Assembly: GCA_964016885.1 (NCBI GenBank)
Contig: OZ024755.1
Coordinates: forward strand, 35,030,001-35,094,000
From: Eledone cirrhosa
Lineage: Eukaryota
Reading direction: 5' to 3'
DNA: 64,000 nt
In this document: positions 27,632 through 42,603 of the stretch, one piece after another
Layout: the number at the start of each line of letters is the position of its first letter
Position numbering within the stretch: position 1 is the first letter of the stretch
Program-made: the position numbers and the translations under genes
The notes under the pieces: generated by a model
Databases searched by the model: none
Told to the model about the DNA's origin: nothing
The model's input: the letters and a program-made list of their open reading frames with translations, nothing else

Positions 27632-28265
27632 AGGTTCTATAGAAGTGGTTGATAGCTTCCGGTACCTAGGTGATCAGATTAGCATGGGAGGATGGTGTTC
27701 CGAGGCCATAGTGTCTAGAATAAGGACAGGTTGGAAGAAGTTTAGAGAACTGCTTCCTCTGCTGACAAAGAAGGGTTTCTCCCTGCGTACGGAAGGTCAG
27801 TTATATGATGCCTGTGTGAGATGCGCGATGCTGCATGGTAGTGAGACATGGGCAGCAACTGCAGAGGATATACGATGGCTGGAGAGAAATGAAGCAGGCA
27901 TGCTCTGTTGGATGTGCAATGTCAATGTGCGTGAACGACCAGGCATAGATAAGTTGAGAGTGAAAATGTGTGTAAGAGGGACAAACTGTAGTGTGCAGGA
28001 GAGAAGACTGCGATGGTATTGACATGTGATGCGCATGGAGGATGACCGCTGGGTAAAGAAGTGCCAAGAAATCCTAATGGAAGGAAGACGCAGTAGAGGA
28101 AATCATGAAAATCATGGGCAAAGGTGGTGAGAGCTGACCTCAGATCGCTGAAGCTCACGGAGGAGATGACGAAGGACCGGGATGAGTGGAGAGATGCTGT
28201 GCTGAAGAGGATCCATCCCACCCTTGCAAGCAGGGAAAAGCGGATGTAAAATGATGATAATGATA
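27632..28265 (+). mobile_element. RTE LINE 3' fragment with stops
   Basis: IEVVDSFRYLGD..RRLRWY; tail CCCACCCTTGCAAGCAGGGAAAAGCGG. Confidence 0.92.
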
Positions 28266-28629
28266 ATGTGTGTACACACACATCTATTAGCCTGCAGGGA
28301 AAATGAATGTTAAATAGATGATGGGTGTGTGTGTGCATGTGTATGTTATATATATATATAATTATATAGATGGAGGTAGTTGTGTGCAAATTGTATATCA
28401 GTAATAACATCAAATAAGATATGATCTATTAATAAGACGAAGATTTTGGAGGTGAGCTATGATGATTCTCTGGCCAAAATACAATGGTTTCTCAAAGCAT
28501 TAATCCATGACTTAGAAGTCAATAGCCTGTTACTTTGTCAGCTGAGCTGTTTCACTGCTCATGTATGAAAGAAATGATATATAACATTAACTAGATGGAT
28601 ATATTTATGGGAAAATAGACAGAGAATGA

Positions 28630-29260
<631 letters not shown>

Positions 29261-29261
29261 T

Positions 29262-29590
29262 CATTTCATTTTATGTCCACTTTTTCCCTGCTTGCAAGGG
29301 TGGGACGGGAACTGGTTCTGGCTTGATTTCTACAGCTGGATGCCCTTCCTAACACCAACCTCATTACAGTGAGTGCTGGGTGCCTTTTTACCATAGCACC
29401 TCCACGACCACTTTACAGTGGAATGATATGGGCCCCAGTCCCTATCATCTCATTTCTACAGCTGAGTAAACTGGAGCAATGTGAAATAGAGTGTCTTGCT
29501 CAAGGAAACAACACATCGCCCAATCTGAGAATTGAACTCGCAACCTTTCGATTGCAAGGCCAATGCTCTAACCACTAAGCCATGTGCCTC
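29262..29590 (-). mobile_element. tRNA-derived SINE family B, full length
   Basis: tRNA-like head, CORE-like CCTTGAGCAAGACACT, RTE-derived tail. Confidence 0.92.
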
Positions 29591-29818
29591 CATTATATAT
29601 ATATATAGGAGTATATATATATATATATATATATATGAGTATATATATATATATATATATCTCAGAGAATGGGATATATATGTATATATATAGATAGTCA
29701 GACAAGCAATCACACCAATTGATAAAGAGATAGGTCATGTTTAAGTGCATATATACACGTTTGTATATCCATATGTGTGTATGGACATCTGTGCACACAG
29801 ACACACACACACACACAT

Positions 29819-29858
<40 letters not shown>

Positions 29859-30598
29859 TATTGGCAATCATAATAATAGAACAAATGAACAAGTATTCAA
29901 CTAGAATTCAATGCATGACATATGAATTATTGGAGGTATAAATACATCATTCCAGTAACAATGTTATGTATTTATTTGTATAGTTCCATACAATCGTTTC
30001 AATGTGACTGTATGTTTGGTATATTTGTATCAACAACTCCAAAGACTTTTATAGTTATGACAAGTAATAAAAATGAAAATAAAAAAAAATCCGTGAATAA
30101 TAAGGTAATAAAAAGAGATAATAAAATAATAAGTATAACAAACAAAGAAATGAAAAACAAAGTTAAGAATAAAACCTAAAAAAATATAAATATATTGTAA
30201 AATGTGTATAAATATAAATATTATATAAATAAATAAATATATGTGTGTATGTAATATATCGGAAAATCCCACCCCACCCCCCAAGAAAATCTATAAAATG
30301 GGTGGATAAAACCATAAATGTCAAGAGGATGACAGTGGAACTGGCAAAACTTCGAAGTCACTGTCAAAATTTTCTTACTAAAACAAATTTTATATATTTT
30401 CCAAATGTTTATGTATAATTAATTATACATAAAAAACACATTAAAGTGTGTGTATTTATAAGCGTGTCTGTGTGTTAGTATAAGCGTGTCTGTGTGTTAG
30501 TATAAGTGTCTGTGTGTATTTATAAGCGTGTCTGTGTGTATTTATAAGCATGTCTGTGTGTTAGTATAAGCGTGTCTGTGTGTTAGTATGCATCTTTC

Positions 30599-30870
30599 TT
30601 TATTTATTTTAGAGCTATGTTTCTTTATTAGCCACAGGGGCACAAAAGAAGGGGACAAATACAAAGCGGGAAGTTTACATACAATAAAAACGTGTAAAAT
30701 ATTATCACAAATGCAATTTAAAAAATTAGTTGATTTCCCCCAATTTTTTAAATTGCATTTGTGATAATATTTTACACGTTTTTATTGTATGTAAACTTCC
30801 CCCTTTGTATTTGTCCCCTTCTGTTGTGCCCCTGTGGCTAATAAAGAAACATATCTTTAAAATAAATAAA
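30599..30870. repeat. Long inverted repeat (arms about 129 bp, spacer about 14 bp)
   Basis: 30599-30727 is the near-perfect reverse complement of 30742-30870. Confidence 0.93.
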
Positions 30871-31018
30871 TAAAGAGAGAAAGATATCTATCTCTATATA
30901 TATTATATAGAGAGAGGGCAACTTCTCTATATATAATAAAAATGTTATTTTCCTCTAAAAACCTTTTTTTCCTATTAAACCCCGTCCATCCCTTCAATCT
31001 TTCTAATTTCTCATTCTT

Positions 31019-31054
31019 TCTTCTGATGAAGGACTGGCGTCCGAAATGTTAAGA
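31019..31054 (+). ncRNA. Minimal hammerhead (family H1), intact core, in terminal repeat at about 30940-31140
   Basis: TCTT-CTGATGA-A-GGAC TGGC GTCC-GAAA-TG-TT-AAGA. Confidence 0.8.
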
Positions 31055-31164
31055 CCCTCTTCCTGCTATTTTAAGCATTAACCTAATATATTCCTTCCAT
31101 AAACTGTACCAATTATGTGTTATTTCTGTTTACTTTTTACACACACATTATATATATATATATA

Positions 31165-31406
31165 GCCTTGTGATGTACATGGATGATGACTGGTGGGAAA
31201 AGAAATGCCAGGTAATCCCAGTGGAAGGAAGATGAAGTAGAGGAAGACAACAGAAAACGTTGGCGGAGGTCGTGAGAGCTGACCACAAATCACTGTAGCT
31301 CACCGAGGAGATGATGAAGGACCATGACAAATGGAGAGATGCTGTGCTGAAGAGGACCTGTCCCCATCCTTGCAAGCAAGGAAAAGCGGACTTATGATGA
31401 TGATGA
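31165..31406 (+). mobile_element. RTE LINE 3' fragment
   Basis: Homologous to 38199-38450. Confidence 0.85.
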
Positions 31407-31637
31407 TATATATATATATAAATATACATATATCTGATATGTAGATATCCCAATGCATATGATCACACTAACAGTTAATTGCTATAAATAATTTTTTTCC
31501 CATTTTCCTTGCTCAGAAGCAAAGAAAATGGGAAAAAAACTTACTCCAACACTTAATTTTAAATCTTTAATTTTTAGTTTTTAATTCTTATTAATTCTTT
31601 TTAATTGAAATACTCAACATTTGATAAGATGAATTTT

Positions 31638-31829
31638 AATAATTGTTTCTACTTTTGGCACAAGGCCAGCAAAATACCCAGTAGATTACTGGTACTTTAT
31701 TTTATCGACCGCCATAAGGATGAAAGGCAAAGTTAACCTCGGTGGGATTTGAACTCAGAATGGCAAGGGCCGTAACTCTATATGTCAAAGCATGGCGTCC
31801 GACCCTCTACCGATACTGCCAATTCACCA
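31638..31829 (-). mobile_element. SINE family A
   Basis: Homology to other copies. Confidence 0.88.
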
Positions 31830-32105
31830 ATTCACTGCCAATTTTAATAATACATCGAAACCAGTAACACTTTATATACTTTATATACATTATAAAACTC
31901 TTTTTTAAAAGAATTCTCCCTCTTATATTTTCAATAATGTCACTTTGACGAATCAAAGAAAGGAAACAAAAAAGAAAAACAGACCCTAAAATATATTTTC
32001 CCTGCTATTTCCAACTTCACCTGTTCTCTCTCTCTCTCTCTTTATATATATATATATATATATATAACCCATGCTAGCGTGGAAGATGGACGTTAAACGA
32101 TGATG

Positions 32106-32154
<49 letters not shown>

Positions 32155-32441
32155 TGTGTGGGGTGGGGGGGGGGGAGACAGGAAGAAGATTACAGAGCAT
32201 GTCCCTCTGCTGACAACAAAAGGCTTCTCTCTCTGAGTGAAGAGTAGGCTGAACGGTGCCTCTGCAATGCAACATGGCAGTGAGACATGCAAATGCTAGA
32301 AAGAAATGGAACAAGCATGTGCAGCTGGTAGTGTTAATGTGCATAAACAATGTTGCATAAGCAGGCTGGGAGAAAACCTCTGCATATGAATGATCAAATG
32401 TAGTGTGCAATTAAGATTATATATATAAATTTGCGCAACTT

Positions 32442-33250
32442 CTGTGTTTGTGTGAATGTATGTGTGTGTTTGTGTGAATGTATGTGTGTGCGTTTGTGTG
32501 AATGTATGTGTGTGCGTTTGTGTGAATATATGTGTGTGCATTTGAGTGAATGTATGTGTGCGTTTGTGTGAATGTGTGTGTGTGTGTGTGTGTGAATGTA
32601 TGTGTGTGCGTTTGTGTGAATGTATGTGTGTGCGTTTGTGTGAATGTATGTGTGTGCGTTTGTGTGAATGTATGTGTGTGCGTTTGTGTGAATGTATGTG
32701 TGTGCGTTTGTGTGAATGTATGTGTGTGCGTTTGCGTGAATGTATGTGTGTGTGTTTGTGTGAATGTGTGTTTGTGTAAATGTGTGTGTGTGAATGTGTG
32801 TGTGTGTTTGTGTGAATGTGTGTGTGTGTGTTTGTGTGAATGTATGTGTGTGCGTTTGCGTGAATGTATGTGTGCGTTTGTGTGAATGTGTGTTTGTGTA
32901 AATGTGTGTGTGTGTGTGTGAATGTGTGTGTGTGTGTGTGTGAATGTGTGTGTGTGTTTGTGTGAATGTGTGTGTGTGTTTGTGTGAATGTGTGTGTGTG
33001 TGTGTTTGTGTGAATGTGTGTGTGTGTGTGTGAATGTGTGTGTGTGTGTTTGTGTGAATGTGTGTGTGTGTGTTTGTGTGTGTGTGTTTGTGTGAATGTA
33101 TGCGTGTCTGTGTGAACACGCGTTTGTCTTTGTATGAATGCATCTGTGTGTGTGTGCGAATGTACGTGTGTGTGTGTGTGTGCGAATGTATCTGTGTTTG
33201 TGTGAAAGTATTTGTTAATGTATGTCTGAGTGTATTTTTGTAAGTGTGTC
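32442..33250. repeat. (TG)n-based minisatellite with TTTGTGTGAATG motif
   Basis: Direct reading. Confidence 0.93.
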
Positions 33251-33278
33251 TGTATTTGCATGTTTATATATATATAAT

Positions 33279-33614
33279 GGAGGCACATGGCTTAGTGGTT
33301 AGAGCATTGACCTTGCAATCGAAAGGTTGTGAGTTCAATTCTCAGACCGGGTGATGTGTTGTTTCCTTGAGCAAGACACTTTATTTCACATTGCTCCAGT
33401 TTACTCAGCTGTAGAAATAAGATGATAGGGACTGGGGTCCCTATCATTCCACTGCAAAGTGGTCGTGGAGGTGCCACGGCAAAAAAGCACCCAGCACTCA
33501 CTGTAAATGAGGTTGGTGTTAGGAAGGGCATCCAGCTGTAGAAATCACGCCAGAATCAGTTCCCGTCCCACCCTTGCAAGCAGGGAAAAGGGGACGTAAA
33601 ATGATGATGATGAT
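33279..33614 (+). mobile_element. SINE family B, full length
   Basis: Same structure as 29262. Confidence 0.93.
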
Positions 33615-34339
33615 ACCCATACATATAAATATATATACACACACACACACATAAATATATATATATACACATCAGTGTGTTGTAATAGAAATGTGATACA
33701 TATTAAAGATAACATTTTTATAAAGAAATGCACAGAAATTTCAGTGGATGGATCACATGGAAGAGCGAGGCTTATGAATGGGATGAAGTTGGGAAGACTG
33801 TCCTTAGGAAAGAGAATCTCATGTCAATGATAAAGGACATTGAGGATTGGTGACATGTGGACCCATCTGCCCCACCATTGCTCCTAAGTAATCATGTTCC
33901 CTTCACTACACCCCAACCCAAACTAACGCAGGATCACCTCTCTCTCATCAGCTTGTCAAATTCCACTCCCAATCATATATGCAAGATATATTTTTTACAC
34001 TGTTTTGCCCACATCACCCCAATCCACAACATGCATATTATTCCTCCATCTTTATTGCTTACCTTTGATATATAATACTTATTCCTTTACCCCTTCACCT
34101 CAACACCTTAACCAACCATAGTTAATAGGAAGGGCATCCAGCCATAAATAGAAGAAAAAAATCAAAATTAAGAGCTGGGAGGATTCTTCAACTGCACAGT
34201 AATTATTAATAATTTTTAAGACAACTTTATAATTGTCCTTGCATTTCCTCATTTTTCTTATTTATGCTTCTTATGTTGTTTTTTCTTTACTATTTCCTCT
34301 CTCTTGTCTGTGATGTCTTACTAGATCTATACTGATATT

Positions 34340-34820
34340 TAATTCTTTACCATTTACATTACTCTATATATACTATTGTATTTACACTGTAAACACTTTA
34401 TTTCACATAATAGCAAATCTACAAGATTTTGATATTATTTATTTTGAGAACAATACCTTAACCCCTTAGTATTCACATTGCTCTATATATACTATTGTAT
34501 TTTTAATTATCTCACATAATATCAAATCTATGAGTATTCACATTACTCTATATATACTATTGTATTTTTAATTATCTCACATAATATCGAATCTATGAGA
34601 TTTTGATATTATTTATTTTGAGAACAATACCTTAACATTTGTATGAGCAGCCGGTTACAGCCAGTTTGAACAGAAAGAGTTAAGGGAATTCTGGCCGGAT
34701 ATGACTGGTTTAAATGCTAAAGGGTTAACATCAGTATGAGTTGCAAGCTACAGTTGGTTTGAACTGAAAGAGGTAAGAGAATTCTGGCCGGATATGGCCG
34801 GTATAAATGCTAAAGGGTTA
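34340..34820. mobile_element. Cluster of rearranged piggyBac-like MITE copies
   Basis: Two TAAATGCTAAAGGGTTA ends and internal duplications. Confidence 0.75.
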
Positions 34821-35062
34821 GACTGATTAAATATATAAATACCTATATGACTTATATTTTTATATTCGTAATTTCTTGTTTTAGATCCACTTTTTTCGAC
34901 ATAGCATGGATAATTATTTTCTTCATGTTGTTGAAGTAGTTTTTATGTGTGGTTGTTTAGCTTTCAGTTAGAGTAGACCTTTAGTTAGAGGTGTTCCAGC
35001 CCTGACCGTTTGTCTTTGTAGGCTCTCTAGATCTACATTGACTAATGTGTCCTTTCCTTTAA

Positions 35063-35261
35063 CCCTTTAGCATTTAAACCGGCTGTATCTGACCAGAATT
35101 CTCTCACCTCTTTCTGTTTAAACTGGTCATAACTAGCCCCTCATGCTAATGTTACAGTATTGTCCTCAAAGTAAATAATATCAAAATCTTATAGATCCAA
35201 TATTACGTGATTTACTTTGAAAATACAATAGTATATATAGAGTAATGTAAACGCTAAGGAG
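35063..35261. mobile_element. piggyBac-like MITE
   Basis: TTAA on both flanks; TIR CCCTTTAGCATTTA, diverged on the right. Confidence 0.82.
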
Positions 35262-35465
35262 TTAAGTCATTAGAAAGTGTTGTGTCATTTAACCATTTTG
35301 TTGTATTTCTATTGAAATACATGATTTCAATTAATTAAGGAAGAATTTTGAGGGATTTACAAAAAAATTGTGATGGCAATGTATTTGTTTTGCAAGGTTC
35401 TTGATATGAAATCCTGTGTTGAAACAGATATCGTTATCAATGTATGTATTGTATATTTAATAAAA

Positions 35466-35692
35466 TGCTGTATGTTTATTTTAAAACATTTTGAAGGTCT
35501 CTCACAAAGACTTTAAGGCAGTCACTAACGTCACACACTAGCTTCAGCAAATACAAAGGGAAATAACCGACAATCACTTCTCCCTTTTTAGTGGTTGTCA
35601 AGGTTATATATCCCTTGTCTTCTTTGACGTTAGTCATTACCTTAAATTCATAGCAAAAGGCCTTCAAAATGTTTTAAAATAAACATACAGTA
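35466..35692. repeat. Imperfect foldback (palindromic) element
   Basis: Nested complementary blocks from CTGTATGTTTATTTTAAAACATTTTGAAGG inward to GACAATCACT/AGTGGTTGTC. Confidence 0.75.
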
Positions 35693-36030
35693 TATTTAAT
35701 AATATGCTGTATGTTTATTTTAAAACATTTTGTTTCAATATCTGTTTCAGAGCAGCAACACAAATAGATGTTATATTTGGGGAGGATCATGTGGTTATAA
35801 TATTACCAGAAAAATGGTTGGGGTTGGTTTTCACTTCAGTATATCTTTATTAGATTTTTATAATTAATTCAGCTGGCAATCAGTGTTTATCATTGATTGA
35901 CAAATAGTTAACAATATGAATATAAATATAAATATACAAACATATTATTAGTTATTTATTTACTAAACTAATAACTCAACATATGTTTCTTATGTAAAAT
36001 CATATTGGAAGATTTTGATTTAAATAGGAA

Positions 36031-36252
36031 CCCTTTAGCATTTAAACCGGCTGCATCTGGCCAGAATTCTTTTCTGTTTTTGAATCCGGCCGTAACCAGC
36101 AGCTCACACTGATGTTAAGATATTGTTCTTGAAATAAACAATAACATCATCAAAATCTTGTAGACTCGAGATTTTGTGAGATAATTATGTAAGGTAAAGC
36201 CTTGACTGTGAAAATACAATAACAAATATAAAGTAATGTAAATGCTAAAGGG
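36031..36252. mobile_element. piggyBac-like MITE
   Basis: 14-bp TIRs; right flank TTAA. Confidence 0.82.
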
Positions 36253-37154
36253 TTAAGATATGTGGTTTCATTTCATAGAACTAGAGCCACTTTGGAGCAG
36301 GTTAGTATAAAAAAAGTTATAGGAATTCTAAAAATTTGGTTATGCCTTTATAGTTGGAAAATGTCCCCTCTCTTTCTAACATGTCAACTATTGCAGAAAA
36401 ATGGGTCTATATTTTTTGTTTTATTATCAGTTCAGTGACTGGAGAAAGTAAGCCGGGATATGTGCTTTGTTTGCTGTGATGAGAGAGGAGGAAGGACCAT
36501 ATCACAATGACTCTAGTAGAAAAGATTTGAACTCATGAGCTTCAGGTCAGTAGAACACCTTAGCTTCACAACTGTTTATATCCCTTAATACAACTGTCAC
36601 ATACACAACTATGACTATAAATCAAATTAACACCATAATGACATGATGTTATTCGACTGAGCCAGCTCATTTCAATCTGTTTTGGTGTAAAAAAAACAAG
36701 AATTCCTCGCTGACTTTACTACTGATTAAATAAGCAGAACGAAGAGCTGCCGAATTCTAGTATGGCTATAAAATAAACAATACAAACTTAAATATTTCAT
36801 ATGCAAATACCAATTCCATTTTTTTTTTTATATAATGAGCCATTAAGGCTTAAAAAATACAAGATACAAAGTCATAAAACATATAGTTTTTCTTTAAGAT
36901 GTCTTGGAGAATAATAAGATGACCCTGAAGATTTCAAAACAATTCAATACAGAAAAAAGATTGGAAAAGTCCAAAGAAAATATATATTATATAGTCGAAT
37001 AACATCATGTCATTATGGTGTTATATATATATATAACGAAGGAGTTATGGTAAGGAACCAGGTGGGCCATAGGGTAGTAGAGTGGGTAATAGGAAAAGAG
37101 TCAGGACCCCGACAGCTGAGCTCCAGGCATTTTGATAGCTAGATCTGAACTATA

Positions 37155-37829
37155 AATATATATGTATGTATAACTATATATATATATGTATGTATAACTA
37201 TATACATATATGTATGCATAACTATGTATATATGTATGTATGTGTAACTATATATATATATGGATGTATAACTATATACATATATGTATGTATAACTATA
37301 TATATATATGTACAACTATATATATGTATGTATAACTATATATATATATGTATAACTATATATATATATATGGATGTATAACTATATACATATATGTATG
37401 TATAACTATATATATATGTATGTATAACTATATATATATATGTATGTATAACTATATACATAGATGTATGTACAACAATATACATATATGTATGTATAAC
37501 TATATATATATATGTATGTATAACTATATATATGTATGTATAACTATATATATATATGTATAACTATATATATATATATGTATGTATAACTATATACATA
37601 TATGTATGTATAACTATATATGTATGTATAACTATATATATATATATATATGTATGTATAACTATATACATATATGTATGTACAACTATATAATATATGT
37701 ATGTACAACTATATACATATATGTATGTATAACTATATATATATATGTATGTATAACTATATATATATATATGTATGTATAACTATATATATATATATGT
37801 ATGTATAACTATATACATATATGTATGTA

Positions 37830-37877
<48 letters not shown>

Positions 37878-38045
37878 CAACAATATACATATATGTATGT
37901 ATAACTATATATATATGTATGTATAACTATATATATATATGTATGTATAACTATATATATGTATGTATAACTATATACATATATGTATGTATAACTATAT
38001 ACATATATGTATGTATAACTATATATATATATATATATATATATG
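37155..38045. repeat. TATGTATAACTATA-type minisatellite
   Basis: Direct reading. Confidence 0.93.
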
Positions 38046-38200
38046 TATGATAAAGGTATATATAAGTGTATATTGTTTCTACTGTGTGTGTGTGAGTGCG
38101 TTGTTTATACTGTGGGAGTGTGTGCATGTGTATATATATATATGTCTGTGTGTATGTGTATATATATATGTGTGTGCATGTGTATATATATATATATATA

Positions 38201-39282
38201 TCATCATCATCATCATTTTACGTCCGCTTTTCCCTGCTTGCAAGGGTGGGACGGGTCTTATTCAGCACAGCATCTCTCCACTCGTCACGGTCCCTCGTCA
38301 TCTCCACCGTGAGCTTCAATGATCTGAGGTCTGTTCTCACCACCTCCGCCCATGTTTTTCGTGGTCTACCTCTACCACGTCTTCCTTCAACTGGCATTTC
38401 CTGGCACTTCTTCACCCATCGGTCATCCTCCATGCGCATCACATGTCCATACCACCTCAGTCTCCTCTCCCGTACACTACATTCTATCCCTCTCAGACAC
38501 AGTTTCTTTCTCAACACATTTATGCTGGGTCGTTCACGCACATTTACACCGCACATCCAACGGAGCATGCTTGCCTCATTTCTCTCCAGCCGTCGCATAT
38601 CCTCTGCGGTTGCTGCCCATGTCTCACTACCATGCAGCATCGCGCTCCTTACACAGGCATCATACAACCGGCCTTTCGTACGCAGGGAGAAACCCTTCTT
38701 CATCAACAGAGGAAGCAGCTCCCTAAACTTCTTCCAACCCGTCCTTATTCTAGATACTATTGCCTCGGAACACCCTCCTCCCATGCTAATCTGATCTCCT
38801 AGGTACCGGAAGCTATCCACCACTTCTATAGTGCCCTCTCGCATTTGAAAAATGTGTCTATCAGTGCGACTTCTACTGTCTAATTTCCCTGTACATCTAC
38901 TGCATACATATTTCTCCCTACCTGTTAGTTTGCCTGCTATCCCGCTACATCTCTTGTGTACCCAGGACCTGCATTGTGTGCATTTTATAGAATTTATGCC
39001 AGTTCCTTTTCTGCATATCGAACATGGCCATTTCCCTGACGGAATCAGGGTTTTGTCCTCTTTTCTACTCATCAACACTTTTGTCTTAGTTAGATTTACT
39101 CTCAGTCCTCTTGCTTCCATAGCCGGAATTTATTCTCTAGCTCCTCTACTGATTCTGCTATAAGAGCCAGATCGTCAGCATAGAGAAGTTCCCATGGACA
39201 GCCAGTCTTAAACTCCTCTGTTATGGCTTGGAGGACTATAATGAACAAGAGCGGGCTGAGGACCGAACCCTGATGTACTCCT
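38201..39282 (-). mobile_element. RTE LINE 3' fragment (RT C-half, PHD finger, C-terminus) with a frameshift near 39120
   Basis: GVHQGSVLSPLLF, LYADD, PHD, FRYLG, GRPRKTW; (GAT)n tail. Confidence 0.95.
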
Positions 39283-39529
39283 ATATATATATACACATGC
39301 ACATATATATATATATATGTCTATGTGTATGTGCATGTATATATATATATATATATATATGTCTGTGTGTATATATATGTGTGTGTGCATGTGTATATAT
39401 ATATGTGTGTTTGCATGTGTATATATATATGTGTGTGTGCATGTATATATATATATATATGTCTGTGTGTATGTGCATGTGTATATATATATGTGTGTGC
39501 ATGTATATATATATATATATGTCTGTGTA

Positions 39530-39568
<39 letters not shown>

Positions 39569-40140
39569 CTGTGTATGTGCATGTGTATATATATGTGTGT
39601 GCATGTGTATATATATATATATGTCTGTGTATGTGCATGTGTATATATATGTGTGTGTGCATGTGTATATATATATGTATGTGTGTATGTGCATGTGTAT
39701 ATATGTGTGTGTGTGTGCATGTGTATATATATATATATGTGTGTGTGTGCATGTGTATATATATATATATATATGTGTGTGTATGTGCATGTGTATATAT
39801 ATATGTGTATGCATGTGTATATATATATATGTCTGTGTGTTATGTGCATGTGTATATATATATATGTCTCTGTATGTGCATGTGTATATATATGTGTGTG
39901 TGCATGTGTATATATATATATATGTCTGTGTGTATGTGCATATATACGTGTGTGCATGTATATATATATATATATATATATGTCTGTGTGTATGTGCATG
40001 TGTATATATATATATATATATATGTGTGTATGTGTATATATATATATATGTCTGTGTGTATATGTATGTGTATATATGTGTGTGTGTGTGTGCATGTGTA
40101 TATATATACATGTGTATGTGTGTATGTGTGTACATACATG
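39283..40140. repeat. (TA)/(TG)/GCAT compound microsatellite
   Basis: Direct reading. Confidence 0.95.
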
Positions 40141-41203
40141 TGAGTGAATTTCCATGTAAAGAGATTAAAGTTCAGTGAAGAGGTCTAAGGAAGCCCAGTG
40201 GTGGTGGTGTTGTTGTTGTTGTTGTAATGTGGAATATATTGATGGAAGATGTCACATAATGTCAACATTGGGCGGGGGGGGGAGGCATGAACAATGTACG
40301 TAGGTGTGTGTGGGCGTGGGGTTTATTTGTATGGGGGTGGTGTAGTTTTATGTCTGTCTGTGTGTGAGGGAGTGTGTGTATGAGGGGGGTTTAGTTTTAT
40401 GTAGGAGGAGGGAGATTTATGTGTGTGTGTGTGTGTGAGGGAGTGTGGTTTTATGTGTGTGTGTGTGTGTGTAGGAGTGTGGAGGTGTAATTGCGTGCGT
40501 GAGGATGTGTAATTGTATGTGTGTGTATGAGTGTGTGTGGCGGAGTGTAATGTAAGTGTGTGCATATGTATGTGTATGAATGTGTGTGACGGAGTGTAAG
40601 TGTGTGTGTGTGACGGAGTGTAACTGTGTGTGTATGACGAAGTGTAAGTGTGTGTGACGGAGTGTAAGTGTGTGTGTGCGTGTATGTGTGTGTGTGCATG
40701 AGAGTATGTGTTTAAACAAAGAGATATAAAAGACATCAGAGTAAGCTGGTGCTTCTGCTTCTGCTGATGATGATGATGTAGATGATGTGAGTGGGAGTGA
40801 GGGGTAGTGATGATAATAGCGACGAAGTTATAAAAATAATAGGGTGTCAGTGGGGGTTCTAATAGGGAAGAGGAAAGATAGAAGGAAGAGGGGAAGATTC
40901 TGCTGATGATGATATTGATTATGTAAGAGGAAGATAAACACTCCATTAAAATATAGCAAGAATGTTTCTTTTTGGCGGGGGGGAGGGTTTAAATAAAATT
41001 TAACATTTTCAAAATTCTGGTGGAAATGTAAAACAGGGTTCCAGACATGTAATGCCCTCCCACCCCTGCGACACCTACCCTGATTCCCCCCACACACACC
41101 TTCTGTTTGTGATATCAACCCCCTTGCCGTACTTTGCTACAAACAAACAGGCACATACATACATGCACATATATGCATACATCTGCTAAATTCCTGAGAT
41201 GTA

Positions 41204-41234
<31 letters not shown>

Positions 41235-41574
41235 GGTGGTGGCTGCCAACTTATTTTCGAGTACGGCTACTATATATCCATGTAGGAGAACCCCTACCGA
41301 TGCGCTGAACGAGTGTGACTTTTTAGTCCAGCCAGCGACTTGAAAACTCTGGTACAAACACTACACTTGTGACAATTATTGACACATAGTGCTGGGCCCA
41401 TGGTACCATGTGATGACAAGTGCAGAGAGATCTCCAGATATAAAGCAATGCCTGTGCCGTGAATCTTTTATAGTGAGCAAAGGCACTGCACAAAGCCAGT
41501 CCCACTCTCTTAACCAAGATGATATTTACCAAAAAGAAGAACAAGTCAACATCATTGGATACCATCAGGGTTGC

Positions 41575-41625
<51 letters not shown>

Positions 41626-41764
41626 ATACATACATAGATAGATACCTACATATACATACATGTGTACATACATACATGAAGGGATATATGCATATATAAA
41701 CACATACATAATACATACATAGATACCTACATATACACACGTGTACATACATACACACACACAT

Positions 41765-42240
41765 ACATGATGGCTGCAACTCAATTTCTAGTAATGTCAT
41801 CACTTGGTACTTAAGCATGAACATCACGGACATGGCTTTTTAGTCCATCTAGGGACTTGCCTGTGGCCAGCAATACATACATCTCAGAAAAATATCATAT
41901 ATCAAGCGATATCTGTGCTGAAAGCTTTTTTAAATAAGGGAAGGCTCTGTACGGGGCCAATCGCACTCTCTGAACATCGAATGCATTTACCCAAATAGAA
42001 GATCTGGTCTATATCATTGGATGTAAACGAAGTCGCATGTTTTATATCAGAGTAACCTTCTCCTAGAGAGATGTCTTAATGAAGACTAGGAGTTTCTCAC
42101 TCCATAAAAGAAAAGAAACTTATTCTGTGGTTGTTGACTCTCCTGAGTTCTTCTGCCCTTTGACAGGTTTTCTTTTTCATCCCACAGGGTGTCCAAAACC
42201 ACCCTCCTCATCAGGCAAGCAAGCTTGCTGGAGTTGCCAG
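41765..42240 (-). mobile_element. Non-autonomous RTE-derived element (same family as 19015)
   Basis: Reverse-complement colinearity with about 19100-19525. Confidence 0.75.
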
Positions 42241-42270
42241 TTTATGTACGTATAGGTTATATCAAAGATT

Positions 42271-42446
42271 AATAATTGTTGCTACTTTTGGCACAAGGCC
42301 AGCAATTACCCCAGTGCATTACTGGTACTTTATTTTATCGACCCCGGAAGGATGAAAGGCAAAGTTAACCTCGGCGGGATTTGAACTCAAATCATAAAGG
42401 GAGGTAACTCTTTGCTATAAAGCATGGCGTCCAACCCTCTACCGAT
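42271..42446 (-). mobile_element. SINE family A
   Basis: Homology to other copies. Confidence 0.88.
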
Positions 42447-42603
42447 GTAAACTAACATCCTGTTTAGAAGCTGTGCCATGCCGGTGACCGATCGTCACTT
42501 GTTTGTTCAATGACTGGCTTTGAGAAACAGTCAACATGTTTCTGCAGCGATTCTTTGCTTAAACTTTAATCTGTTATTTTAATAAATATATTTATATATA
42601 TAT

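Noticed and set aside
33279-33350. tRNA genes at SINE heads
   Set aside because: A and B boxes continue into SINE bodies; no complete cloverleaf or poly-T terminator seen
36921-36996. Possible HHR: CTGAAGA-TTTC..CAAA-GAAA..TA-GTC
   Set aside because: Only 3 bp of stem II and an offset stem I; too degenerate to count, though it lies in an inverted-repeat unit
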